This document shows, piece after piece, positions 37,970 to 49,954 of a stretch of DNA of 64,000 bases. Under the pieces are notes generated by a model, which saw nothing but the letters and a program-made list of their open reading frames with translations, made no database searches and had not been told where the DNA came from. How positions within the stretch are numbered: the first letter of the stretch is position 1; every line of letters starts with the position of its first letter. Origin of the DNA: Negaprion brevirostris (taxonomy: Eukaryota); the NCBI GenBank assembly GCA_030324005.1, contig JARDVH010000132.1, positions 74,193,702 to 74,257,701 of the forward strand, written 5' to 3'. Both the position numbers and the translations under genes were made by a program.

Positions 37970-38104
37970 TAAAAGCAAAATACTGCAGATGCTGCAATCT
38001 GAAACCAAAACTGAAAATGCTGAAAAATTTCAGCAGGTCTGACGGCATCTGTGGGGAGAGAATAGAGCCAACAAGTTTTGAGTCTAAATGATTCCTTGTC
38101 AGAG
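37970..38104 (-). mobile_element. Penelope-like terminal fragment
   Basis: aaaagcaaaatactgcagatgctgcaatctgaaacc...cagcaggtctgacggcatctgtgg. Minus strand ctgacaaggaatc...gactcaaaac is a decayed hammerhead-like core. Confidence 0.65.
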
Positions 38105-39427
38105 CATGTGGCAGTGGTGCATGTTAGGCTGATGTATATTCAGTTTGGTGGCTGCTAGGATTGCAAGTTCATAAAGATTTCGAAAGATGGTAACAACTGG
38201 ATCGTTGTTGCCGTGGGGAAACTTATGCGTCAGGAGGAGTTAAGCCCAACATGAAAACAATAAAAATGAATACAGTCAGACAAAAAATCTCATCAGTGAT
38301 CCAGAATGGAACTCTACTTAATGATCTGTTGAAATCACAAGAGGAGGATCCTTATTGTGAACCTGACAATGTACTTTCCTATTAAGCTGAGCAGTAGGAA
38401 GCAATCAGTCACAAGGCTGGGAAACGGGAAATAAAATAAACCCTTGCAGATCAGAATCAGATGGGGCTAGCGATCTATAGACTAGCAAAAGCTGACCTAA
38501 TAGGCTGAATTTTGCTTCCAGGCTTGTAATCCTGGCATTGGCACAACCTCTAACCCCACGCCCCACTCAAGACTGCTGCACGATGCCCAACTGCATTTGG
38601 AAAGAGACAGCCAATTCGTGGCCTGCTGGTGTATTTGCCATCCTATTATGGGTGCTGGACGGGTTGAGGAAGTGGGATGGCAACATGCTGGGCTTGTTAC
38701 AAAGTGCACCTGGCAGCTGTGATTGTGGATGCTGGTGTCATGGGACACAGCAGAGTTCAGGTGGCAATGGAGCAGCAGCTCGTAACACTGAAATCATCAA
38801 CATCACATGTGAGTGAGCAGCAGGAACGCAGTGAAGGAGTGAATAATAATTTGAATTCCTTCACTCTTAGCTCAGCAGGAATAAAGGGCATGCAGCTCAA
38901 GAGGGGGTTTGATAGTGGTGTTGCAATTCCCAATACAGTGATGACTATGGAGGAGGGAGAACACCTCAAGAGAAAGGGCTCAGTCCATCATCGGGTGGCA
39001 TTTCTTACCACACTGACAGCCATGGTGGAGGAGGTACAATTTGAGGGAAAGGGATCAGTGCGATGGTGGAGTGGCACTTCCCACTGCAGTGATAGTCATG
39101 GAGGAGGAAGCTCTGAACGGTGTTCAGCATGAAGTCAATCAGGAGGAGAAGGGTGTCCAGCCAAGAGAGGGTAAAAGAATGTTACCATTTCCACATGAAA
39201 GGGTGAAGCATTGCCTTTGTTTGTCTAATGCAGGCCAGTCCATAAGCTGTTATGAGATGTTGCTGACCCAGAATGATTTCCTCAACAAGTTGCTCGTACT
39301 GCAAAGATGAATGGAAATGCAAGATGCCCCCAGTTACTGCTTCCTTCAGATGCTTGCGCACACCATGAAAGGGCTCGGGCAGGCAGGGATGCTATCGAGC
39401 ATGGGTGCCAGATGGGTTCAGTCTATC

Positions 39428-39666
39428 TATAAAAGCAAATTATTGTGGATGCTAGAATCTGAAACCAAAAGAGAAAATACTGCAAAATCTCAGCAGGTCT
39501 GGCAGCATCTGTAAGGAGACACCTTTTCTCTCTGACAGGATTCCTGTATCTCTGTGCATTTAAGCTTTGACAAACGATCATCTGGACTCCAAATGTCAGC
39601 TCTTTTCTCTCCTTACAGATGCTGCCAGGCCTGCTGAGATTTTCCAGTGTTTTTTCTTTTGGATTC
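39428..39666. mobile_element. Inverted pair of Penelope-like ends (~55-bp arms)
   Basis: aaaagagaaaatactgcaaaatctcagcaggtctggcagcatctgtaaggaga ... tctccttacagatgctgccaggcctgctgagattttccagtgttttttctttt. Confidence 0.75.
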
Positions 39667-39974
39667 ACTCCATCTCACACTTAAGGAATGTCATGAAGTT
39701 AAAGCACACAGCCCTCTGGGCTTGAGTAGCCTCATCAATTTGAAACTCAACGTACTCTGAAGCTCTCTCACACACAAGAGGCAGCGCCTGCCTGATGCAG
39801 TAACGGATAGTCACTTGTGAAATGCCACTCAATCTGCAGCCACTCTCTGAGATGACCCAGGGATAAAAATGTGAGCGGTCACTGTCACTTTAAGGGTTAC
39901 TGGCAGAATGAGCCCACACAACTAGTGAGGCCTGAGATCCTCTGCCATGATGGTATACAAATCAGCAATATTAG

Positions 39975-40360
39975 GCAAGGCGATGGCCGAGTGGTATTAT
40001 CGCTGGACTAATAATCCAGAAATTCAGCTAACGTTCACGGGATCCAAGTTCGGATGATGCCAAGGCAGATAGTGGAATTTGAACTAAATAAAAGATATCT
40101 GGACTTTAGAATCTACTGACAACCATGAAACCATTGACAATTGTCGTGAAAACCCACCTAGTTTATTAGCGTCCTTCAGGGAAGGAAAACTGCTGTCCTT
40201 ACCTGGTCTGGCCTATTTGTGACTCCAGAGCCACAGCAATGTGGTCGACTCTTAAATGCCCTTTGAAATGGTCTAGTAAGCCACTCAGTTTAAGGCCAAC
40301 TAGGGATGGGCAATAAATGCTGGCCAGCCAGCAATGCACATGTCCCATGGATAAAAAAAA
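39975..40360 (+). mobile_element. Family-2 tRNA-derived SINE, full length
   Basis: gatggccgagtggtattatcgctggactaataatccaga...cttacctggtctggcc...gggatgggcaataaatgctggccagccagc...poly-A. Confidence 0.88.
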
Positions 40361-40864
40361 GGCAAAATCTGAAGTGGCAATGCTGCTCTTACATGCCCAG
40401 GAAGCTGAGTCTTTGGCCCCATGGTGAGTGTAGAATCTTTTTGCTGTATCTGTCCCCTCAGACAACATCTCTTCTTCCCTCTGCATCAAGGGACTGAATT
40501 TGTGGCTGGCACATCTGCTCCTCATCACGGCTCAAATTAGCTCAGCCCCACTTCCAGAGGTGGCCTCATTTCCCATCAGCTGCACAGAAATAGCTGTCTG
40601 GATCTGCCCCATTGACCTGTGTGGGTGCACCTCCCTTGCAAGTGCTCCCGTTCCTCCACCTGAAAAACTCTGCAGGTTCTGTTTCTGCAATGGCCACTGT
40701 GTGTCAATGCAAGAGCTCCTCTCTGTGTATTATGCAGTGTCAGCACTGCCTCTTCAATCTCTGAACGATTCCCCACTGTGCAGCCACCTCCTTTTCTAGG
40801 ACCTGCTGTTCACCAATGTGTTTCCCATGCATCACATTGAAAATCCCAAATAATCCTGCAACAA

Positions 40865-41050
40865 ACTCAGTTTTTCACTCAGAGGGTGGTGAGTGAGTGG
40901 AATTGGCTGCCGTCGGTGGTGGTGGAGGCAAACTCGTTGAGGTCTTTTAAGAGACTTCTGGATGAATACAGGGGATTTAATGGGATTGAGGGTTATAGAT
41001 AGGCCTGGTGGGCCGAAGAACACTACAGCACAAACAGGCTCTATGTTCTA
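40865..41050 (+). mobile_element. CR1 LINE 3' end
   Basis: ttttcactcagagggtggtgagtgagtggaattggctgcc...gtgggccgaag...ctatgttcta. Confidence 0.8.
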
Positions 41051-41872
41051 ACTCATTAATTGTCTAAATTGATGATAGTTCACTTTTGGGTAGGGTGTTG
41101 TGACTTGAACAAAATCACTGGGAGATGGCACTATCAGACAACTGGCATTCTATTCATTGCCACAATTTTTTCATGATGTTCGCCTCAAAATCAGCTCCCA
41201 TCTTGGGATGAAAATTTAACGCAAGTGGTTAGGAGAACAGGTAAAGGACTATAAATTTGTCTCCCTCATTTATGGGCATATGGATTGTGAGTTGCAACAT
41301 GCATATACTAGTTCTGATCGAGGTGGGTACCACACAGAATACATGTACCCACCTGATCTGAATGATTGTGGCACTGGCTGCTTTGCTTTTTATGCCACTT
41401 GCTACTTCTTAGTGCTGTCAGTGAGTTCTGCACATGGTAGGGGGCCTTGATAGCATTCTGGGCCAATCACATGATAGAAGCTACCTACTCCTCTTAACAA
41501 CTGCTGCCTCTTAAAGGGAAGTTGTACAAAAATATTGTTGCAATGGAAGTATTTGCAAATCGAACAACAGATCGGTCAGAGGGATCTATGATGTAGATGT
41601 GACCCTGGAGACATTTGTGCTGCAAGTGAGGAGAGATGCCATGTTTCCGTAGGGTATAATGATCCTAGGCTAGACTCCCAAATGTTTGGCACGATCCGGT
41701 CAGGGACCAGTAAATTTGTATTTCAAGTAAACAAAGTTTGAGATCCAAGGCGCTTGCTAATAGATTAAAGCCACAAGATTTCAAGGTCCATGATCAAACA
41801 AAATAAACTTCACTATACAAGGTCAGAAAGTAAAACAAATTACAATACCTATCTTATACTCCAATATTTGTG

Positions 41873-42208
41873 CTTTTTATTCATTCCTGGGATGTGGGTG
41901 TTGCTGGCTGGGCCAACATTAGTTACCATCCCCAAGGGCATTTAAGATTCAATCACATTGCTGTGGATCTGGAATCACATGTAAGCCAGCCAGGCAAGGG
42001 TGACAGATTTCATTCCCTAAAGGACATTTGTGAACCAGATGGGTTTATTTAACAACAAGCAGCAATGGTTTTATGGTCATCATTGTACTTTTAATTCCAG
42101 ATTTTTATTGAATTCAAATTTCAGCATCTGCCATGGTGGGATTCGAACATTACATTGGGTCTCGGGATTATTAGTCCAGTGACAATACCACAGTGCCACT
42201 GCCTCCCC
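41873..42208 (-). mobile_element. Family-2 SINE
   Basis: Reverse complement of the 39975-40360 family (tttattcattcctgggatgtgggtgttgctgg...gggattcgaac...tagtccagtgacaatacca). Confidence 0.85.
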
Positions 42209-42319
42209 TTAATATGAGGTACATGTGAATTAACAGGGAAACTATAGGTGAACACATTACACTACTCAATAAATGGCATATGCAACCAGGAAAGAGTCAC
42301 AGACAGGGTGGATAGAAAG

Positions 42320-42606
42320 AAACCTGCTTCTTAGTAGAGGAGTTATTAATCAGGGGCATAGATTTAAAGTAAAGGCGGGAGATATAGAGGGAATAAGAAG
42401 AGTTTTCTTTTTACCCAGAGGTTGGTGGGTAACTGATGGTAGAGGTAGGGACCCTCACAACATTTAAGAAGCATTTAGATGAGCACTGGAATGCCACAGC
42501 ATACCAGACTAAGGACCAAGTGCAGGAAAATGGGATTAGAATAGATAGGTGCTTGATGGCTGGCACAGATATGATGGGCTGAAGGGCTTCTCTTTTGTGC
42601 TGTAAA
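42320..42606 (+). mobile_element. CR1 LINE 3' end
   Basis: caggggcatagatttaaagt...ttttacccagagg...gatgggctgaagggc...tgtgctgta. Confidence 0.85.
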
Positions 42607-44139
42607 AGTATTACTGCGAGCATAAACTACGACATGGACACAAAATATTGTAAACTTGGAAAACGAGAATCTCATGGTGAGATCTCGTTTTCTAATTCTC
42701 CCTCCCCTGACCAGCGATGTAATGGTGCTCCCACCCAGGAAGGTCAAGAACCTCATTTCAATAATTTTAAGTTCAATTAGCAGGCATCCCCGCTGCATTG
42801 CCCCCACATTTGGAAAACCCCTCTCACAAATGAGATCTCACTTTGCCAAGGTTTACAACTGCTTTTTAAAGACGTGTTCCAGATGAAGGAAAGTCACCCG
42901 GGCACACAGGTAAGTATATTCCCTGGGGGGAGAAGGACATGCCCAGGCAGAACCCTGCCACAACGTCCCCTAGAACACTGGACCAGCCAGGGTGGGCCTC
43001 TGGTGAGTTCCCTGAGGCGGGGATTCCCCTTGTGTGTGTGGGTATGGTTTCTGTGTTGTGTGGTAGAGGGAGAGAGTTTACATAGAGCAGGGACAGAGTT
43101 TCAACATGCTTGATGGCGTGGAGGGTGTGTGTGTTCATGCCTCCAGATTTTTTTCTTGACAGAGTGCTGTGTTATCTGGAGGGGACAGCCAGCTGCACAG
43201 CCTGCAAGCTGCAACCTGGTTTTCTCTGCTCAGTCAGCATTTTGTGCAAAGGGCGGAAAATCCTGCCCTATAACTCTAATATTCCATGGATTTTTAAGTG
43301 ATTCACCCAGATGTCAGTAAACTGAATCAACCAATCTCTTTGGAACTTTAAAGAGATTCCAGCCTTTAGCTTCAAGCATCTGACCTCTGAATTTCTCCCA
43401 ACAGTCACTCTGATTCAGACCGCCACAGTGACTGCTCATCTGCCAGGGTTTCAATCTCATCTCCCAAGGTTACATATCCCTGAACTCCCGAGTCTACACT
43501 TCAACCTCTAATCTACTGACATAATTTCAGCTCTTTACTGGACTGGCATCACTGAGCTGGCATTGCCTGCTTTCCCTGAACCTTGCTCTACATGGCTCCC
43601 AGGAATTTCTCTGAGCCCTAACCACTTCCAGCACAGATCAGTGGTCTTTTCAACTCTCTCAAATTTCTTAGGCCTGAACTACCTGGAATCTGTACCAGCA
43701 GTACCTTTATTGCCTGAGGAACTTCTTTGGTTTCTGAACCTCCAAGGTCACATGTGCTTTTTTTCCCTTTACCACCCTGAGGCTCATGGTCGGAGTTTTC
43801 ACACAGTTTATTTTTTTCACATTGGTGCACTGGGCCTCATCCTGAACCAGAACTCCACATGATGGGCTGCGCATATGCTGGACACTCTCAACTTACTCAT
43901 GTGGAGTGAAGCTCAGAGAATGCTGAGACCTTAAGTTCCTGCCTGCCATTCGATGATAAGGTACATTGGGACTCCTACCAGGAAGCCAAAAGATCCTCAA
44001 GGACAATCCTCAGAAAGGATTAAAAGCAGGAGGTGGGGGAACAGGGGCAGGCTGGCGTAATGTGTCGACTGTATCTGCAAACCTGACAGTGGTATCACAA
44101 CAGGTCGAATGGCCTCATTCAAATGGACAAGCTTAAGTC

Positions 44140-44456
44140 TGAGTATATTTATTAGTGTCACAAGAAGGCTTACATTAACACTGCCAGGAAGTTGCTGGGA
44201 AAATCCCCTTGTCTACACACACCCGCACCTGTTCAGGTACACTAAGGGAGAATTTAGCATGGCCAATGCACCTAACCAGCAAATCTTTTGGACTGTGGGA
44301 GGAAGCCGGAGAGCACATAGCGGAAACCCACNNNNNNNNNNACCCACGCAGACATGGGGAGAACGTGCAGACTCTGCACAGATAGTGACCCAAACCAGGA
44401 ATTGAACCCAGGTCCCTGATGTTGTGAGGTAGCAGTGCTAACCACCGTGCTGCTGG
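44140..44456 (-). mobile_element. V-SINE with tail B
   Basis: tttattagtgtcacaagaaggcttacattaacactg...gcatggccaatgcacctaacc...gctaaccaccgtgc. Confidence 0.88.
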
Positions 44457-45149
44457 CAAAGGTCAGTGAATGCATATTCATGTGACATCTCTGCTTTACC
44501 ATGCCCTCAATCTCTCACATGGTTCAATGCACTTTATCCTCATTACTCTGTCAGCGGTAGTCTGTGGCACTCAGTAGACACAATATCCAAATACACCACT
44601 TTATCCTCACACACTGCCAGTGCTGCCAGTCCACACCCACATATCATTGCCTCCAGCTACTGTCAAACACAGCATTACGCAACCATTGACACTTCTACCC
44701 TTTCACCTGCAGTAGCTCATGATAGAAGAGAGCAGAGCAGAGCAAACAGGAGACAAAGACACCTGCTTCTCCTGAGCTATACAGAGGAGATGTTTCTCCA
44801 CATCACAGTGCCAAGCACGATGAGATTGGTAATGTCCAACATCATTCGGAATATTGCGGATGACAATTTTCTTGCCTTATGTTCCTTCTCATCCACAGCC
44901 CACCCTCATCCTGCTATCTGGCATGGCGAGCAAGCATGTTGGAGCAACAGTGGACCTCTTGTTTTCAACTCCTTGTAACCTTGCCCTTCTGAATTCCTGC
45001 TTTCTGACACCTGAAAACTGCCACATGCCCAGCTACAACATCCATAGCAGGAGCAGAGAGAGGAGCAGCAAAGCAGAAATAAAGAGACTCTGTCACTGAA
45101 ACTGACACTCAGCCATCAGCTCAGCTATTGGCACTGTGTGTATGTTAAA

Positions 45150-45199
45150 GTAAAAAGTCTGACAACACCAGGTTTTTTACTGTGTTTANNNNNNNNNNA
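45150..45199. mobile_element. Penelope-like insertion, mostly unassembled
   Basis: gtaaaaagtctgacaacaccagg (same end as 33170) then a gap. Flanked by the 12-bp duplication tgtatgttaaag (45139-45150 / 45200-45211). Confidence 0.6.
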
Positions 45200-45509
45200 T
45201 GTATGTTAAAGGCCAGTATGGATCTGCACTTGGTGAGTCATGACGGAGTTGCTGCTTGACCAGGGGTGAAGTGAGAAATTGTTGTGCCAGTTCATTGGAG
45301 GGCAAGTTCACAGCTATGTATTGCTGTAAAGGATTCAATTAGGTCCTCAATGGGGCAGCATACAGCCCAGTGCTCGGTCATGCGCACCAAGTTTCTGATT
45401 GCTTCTTGACTGACAGGAGGCTAAAGTAAGTCTGGCTCCAACTTGCCAAAGAGCACTGTGTTGAGCTTGTTCTCTCCAGAGCCACTGCTCCATCTCCCTG
45501 TTGTGCTTA

Positions 45510-45765
45510 TATGAGGAGAAATTTCTTCACCCGGAGAGTGTTGAGCCTGTGGAATTCTCTACCACTGAAAACAGTTGAGGCCAAAACATTGTATGATTTT
45601 CAAGGAGTTAGATATAGCTCTTGAGACTACAGAGATGAAAGGATATAGCGGGAGAAAGCAGGAACAGGTTACTGAGTTGAATGATCAGTCATGATCATAA
45701 TGAATGGTAGAGCAGGCTTGAAGGGCTGAGTGGTCTAGTCCTGCTCCTCTTTCCTATGTTTCTGT
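45510..45765 (+). mobile_element. CR1 LINE 3' end
   Basis: atgaggagaaatttcttcacccggagagtg...tgaatggtagagcaggcttgaagggctgagtggtct...cctatgtttct. Confidence 0.88.
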
Positions 45766-46422
45766 GTGATAAAGACCCAGAGACACTGCTACCGGGTGCC
45801 CCGTAGCTGAGGCAGCCTTGGTCTGCACAGGTTACCAACCCCTCTGCCATTCCTGTAAGGATGCAGCAACACTCTAAGCTAAGTCCAGGAACTCACCAAC
45901 CACTTCCAAAAACCTTCCAGATCGTTTAAAGACACTTTACGACAGAAAAAAAAGTTCCAGCAATTTACTGTAATTAGGGTACCTGGCCCTTTAAATAATG
46001 TTACTGCAGGGTCTACCTTGCTGTTTCACCCTTGTATTTTTAAGAGTGGGCATGGCAGGGTACAGCCAGGATCAGCATTGTGCAAATCTTTGATCCTGTC
46101 ATCATTTCAACCAATTTGAGTGTATGACATCAGGACAGCGCTGCATCAACATGTCGAAGATACTCATATCCTCAGGGAACGCAGCATGAGTTGTGTACGT
46201 AGTGATGCTACACATTTAATTATTACACTCAGAGAACACAGAATCTCAACATAGGAGGCATTAACCAGAGAGTCTGGAAAGACATGGGGGTGGGGGAAAT
46301 CAGGAGCAGGCGATTAAAATGCAGCAGGGGGAGATGCTGATTGCGATATTAGTAAGTCAGTAGTAGTCTCCTTGATTTGCCAATGCTTTGCTTCAATCTT
46401 GGGGGGCGGGGTGGTGGTCGAC

Positions 46423-46724
46423 AAGTTTATTCATTAGTGACACAAGTAGGCTTACATTAGCACTGAAATGAAGTTACTGTAAAAATCCCCCAGTCACCAC
46501 ACTCCAGTGCCTGCTCGGATTTGCTGAGGGGGAATTTAGCATGGTCAATGCACCTGACCAGCACATCTTTCCGATGGTGGGAGGAAACCGGAGCACCTGG
46601 AGGAAACCCCCTCAGACACAGGGAGAACATGCAGACTCTACACAGACAGTGACCCAAGCTGGGAATCAAACCCAGATCCCTGGTGCTGTGAGGCAGCATT
46701 GCTAACCACTGTGCCACCGTGCTG
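46423..46724 (-). mobile_element. V-SINE with tail B
   Basis: aagtttattcattagtgacacaagtaggcttacattagcactg...gctaaccactgtgccaccgtgctgc. Confidence 0.9.
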
Positions 46725-47870
46725 CAAAGGTAGTTACACTGCAACTGTGGCGAAAATTAAATGATCTGAAACTATTATTGTGGAGCAATTTATGTACAGT
46801 GTAAATAAACACACACACGCATACATAATATACATATATTCATACTAACTTAATCATATGCTATGAATTAAATATGCTGATTGCAACATTTAAGAGGCCA
46901 ATTACTTGTCATGCAGTGAACTTTTTGATGTGGCTCACAGAATAGAACATAAATTCCTCTTGAGAAGCATTCTTGTGAGGTCAATAAAGGCTGCTCTGTC
47001 CTCTAGGGAACCCCCTGACTGTTTGTCAGGAATGGGCCATCTAAATGGTTTTTGTCTCAAAAGTTTCAAGCTCGGAACTGCATCCTACGCAGCAAGTTGT
47101 GCCAAGCCAGGCCCAATACTTTCCAAGTTATTGGGCTGATGGGAAGAAACAGCATTTCCTGTGCAAGCAGCTGTGTTCCTGAGAGAATGCAGATGCCTAG
47201 ACGTTTCTCTACATTCTNNNNNNNNNNCTGTTCTGGCTACAGACCCTTCTGGGGATTGGGGAGGGGGGGGAGGGAAGCAGAGGAAGGGAAACTGCAGGCA
47301 CCCAACTGCTTCAATAAGGTAGCAGCAACCCTGCACAGATCGCAGTAAAAATGCTTTGATCCGCAGAGATTCACTGAGGGATTGCTTACCATTTTCTGCC
47401 TTTGTCATTACATTCCACTGTACTTTGTGACCAATTCAGCATTGTTTGGCAGTAGGCTACAAATAGCTGATAAAGAGAATGGTCAGGTTCTGGCTGGAAT
47501 GAAAATAGTGGGTGAAAGAGAGAGTTATAGAATTATCTTTCAGCCCTCATTTACTTTCATTTTGCCCAGAGAACCTTCTTATACAGAGGTACAAAAGACC
47601 ATCTAAAATGAGGCCTTTACTTCCACAGATTTTGTGATCTGCCAGTGGGTTTACAGGGGAGAGCCTGATAATGGTTAACAGAAAAAGGTCACTCAATTTT
47701 TTTAATGGATTCTGCACAAAGTAATTCTCTGGCCAAAGGATCTGATTGCTGTTCTCCAACAGTAGTGAGCAAGTCATGACATTGGCAAGCAGGCAGCTCC
47801 AAAAACATTCAATTAGCTAAACACCTTCCAGGATGAAGTAATCCACTTGATCAACACCCCATCCACCACC

Positions 47871-48193
47871 TGGGTGTCACAGTGGCAAGCACTGCTGCCT
47901 CACAGTGCCGGGGATCCTGGTTCAATTCCGACCTCGGGTCACTGTCAGTCTGGAGTTTGCACATTCGCTCCAAGTCTGCGTGGGTTTCCTCCGGGTGCTC
48001 CAGTTTCTTCCCACAGTTCAAAGATTTGCAGGTTAGGTGGATTGGTCACGCTAAATTGACCTTTAGTGTCAGGGGGAATTAGCAGGGTAAATATGTGGGG
48101 TTACAGGAATAGGGCCTGGATGAGATTGTTGATGGTGCAGGGTCAATGGGTCAAATGGCCTCCTTCTGCACTGTAGGGATTCTATAATTCTAT
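47871..48193 (+). mobile_element. HE1-like V-SINE, full length
   Basis: cagtggcaagcactgctgcctcacag, ggttcaattcc, V-core, tail ggcctccttctgcactgtagggattctataattcta. Confidence 0.92.
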
Positions 48194-48241
48194 AACCTTA
48201 AATATTCATCCACCACTGTGCATATTGAGTGCAATGACTAC

Positions 48242-48423
48242 TGTCGCTTTCAACATATCATTGTCTGCTAAATTCTGATAGTCCCCTGGATTGAGCTTTC
48301 AGGAAAACCTTTGTCTCATTCCTGGCTAAAACAACAGCTAAACTGGAATTGAGTCACAGATCGCTGGACAATCTTTCAGAGTTTATATGCCTTTGATCAC
48401 TTCCCGTTTATCACCTCTCCTAT
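48242..48423 (+). repeat. Direct duplicate of 49757-49954
   Basis: Hand alignment gives 6 substitutions in 182 bp plus one 16-bp indel. Confidence 0.95.
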
Positions 48424-49756
48424 GCAAGACGCACTGCAGCAAATCACTAATGCTCCTCCGGCACTATCTTCCAAACACTCAAATTCTACCACCTAGAAGA
48501 ATAAGAATCGCAGACACATGGTCACACAATCAACTGATTGTTCCCCTCCAAGAGACACACCATCCTAACTTGGAAAATATCATCGATCCTTCACAGATGC
48601 TGGGTCAAAATCCTAGAATTTCCTCCCTAACAGAACTGGACTGCAAAAGGTGAAGAAGGCTAAAACTTCGCTCCAACAGTAGGAGGGCATTGATTCCAGT
48701 ACTATAGCCCTGGCCAGGAAACTCTCAGTCTTTCCTTCACAGACACAGCACACACATCAGATATGCTATATATGTCAGTTGTATAGTGAATGCCTGGAAG
48801 GAAAGTCAGCCCTTATTAATTCCTGTGTTCAATATGGTTTAAGTTCAGATATATTTGCCAATTGTTCTATTTCAGAGGAATGATTAAAGGAAGGTAGTAT
48901 TGGGGCAGCATACAGACCCATTGGAAAATTGAGTGGGTTCCTTTACAAGTCTGATTGATTTTCCAATCCTTACTGCGCCTGAGTAATCCAGTTCACTGGG
49001 CACAAACTCAGGAAACCTCAACAGTCTATACTTTAAAAATGAATTATGAATGGTATGTCTATAGATAATGATCAGCAGTATCAACTCAAACTTGTTTACT
49101 CTTTTCATGTCATCATATACCAATATTCCTGTTGCTGTGCCATTTTGCCAGTGGTGAGACAGGTACCCTCCTGCCAAGAGGCCAATTGTGTCACTTAAGG
49201 GTCTTTTCCTGCCAGAGCTGACATTTCACCTTTGCAGCCTCCTTACAGNNNNNNNNNNTGGGGAATAAGGGAAAGAAATATGAACAACACTGTTTCCATA
49301 GTTATCATAAAACCACTTTGTTAAAAGTTACAGTTTAAAATCTTGCTGTTTTCTCAACAAACAAAGGCAAAATATTTATAAAGTAATATCAGTCACACAA
49401 ATGGTTGTCAGCATATTGTATCAAAATGAAAGAATTTTTAAAACTGGAAAATTATTTTCACATTCCAGTATTCTACTGCAGGAAGGTGGTGTGGATTGTG
49501 TATGATTACAAGTATTTATTTTAAAAGGGTCTTCGATTCTATAGCAACTTATAACGCACTGTCTCTGATTACGTTGGGGTACGTAAACCCTGAACCCCTT
49601 TCAGTATAACTTCCTGCAAGCTCCTCAACTTTAAACCCCAAACTTGACATTGTCTAATCATGACTTAATTTTTCTCTCTTCAGCTGTGTTCTTCATACTC
49701 TTTCTCAAATTAAAAAAAGAATGGTGCACATGGCAGTTTCCACACGGTTAACAAGG

Positions 49757-49954
49757 TGTCGCTTTCAACATTTCATTGTCTGCTAAATTCTGACAGTCCC
49801 CTGCAGAGTTTATCAATTGGATTGAGCTTTCAGGAAAACCTTTGTCTCATTCCTGGCTAAAACAACAGCTAAACTGGAATTGAGTCACAGATCACTGGAC
49901 AATCTTTCAGAGTTTATGTGCCTTTGATCACTTCATGTTTATCACCTCTCCTAT
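49757..49954 (+). repeat. Probable donor copy of the 48242-48423 duplication
   Basis: Same sequence with an extra cagagtttatcaattg, embedded in unique-looking DNA. Confidence 0.95.

Larger units (their letters stand above)
39150..40480 (-). mobile_element. PIF/Harbinger (HARBI1-like) transposase pseudogene, interrupted twice
   Basis: Minus strand: RLSFLGM.EQHC, IADLYTIMAEDLR, LKVTV, LSGISQVTIRYCIRQ, RASEYVEFQIDEATQAQRAVCF, DGV|ID*THLA (catalytic GxIDCTH). The element probably spans about 38502-41222 with weak TIRs. Confidence 0.8.
41655..43979 (-). mobile_element. LTR-like insert inside the Myb ORF, with further nested elements
   Basis: Interrupts the Myb reading frame exactly and has LTR-like composition. 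Contains a SINE, a CR1 end and MITE-like DNA. Confidence 0.4.
41543..45100 (+). mobile_element. Harbinger Myb/SANT-like ORF remnant, fragmented by insertions
   Basis: DVTLETFVLQVRRDAMFP (41596-41649), then QEAKRSSRTILRK...T*QWYHNRSNGLIQMDK (43979-44131), donor-like aag/gtcagt at about 44461, then cacctgcag and VAHDRREQSR...LLLSYTEEM (about 44711-44792). Confidence 0.6.
47835..48660 (+). mobile_element. LINE 3' fragment (12435 family) split by a SINE and by a templated local copy
   Basis: caccccatccaccacc | SINE | ccttaaatattca...tactgtc | 182-bp insert | caagacgcactgcagc...ctaccacctagaag...gctgggtcaaaatcct. Confidence 0.75.

Noticed and set aside
44466-44978. 170-aa ORF
   Set aside because: Overlaps the intron and second exon of the decayed Harbinger Myb ORF; not an independent gene.
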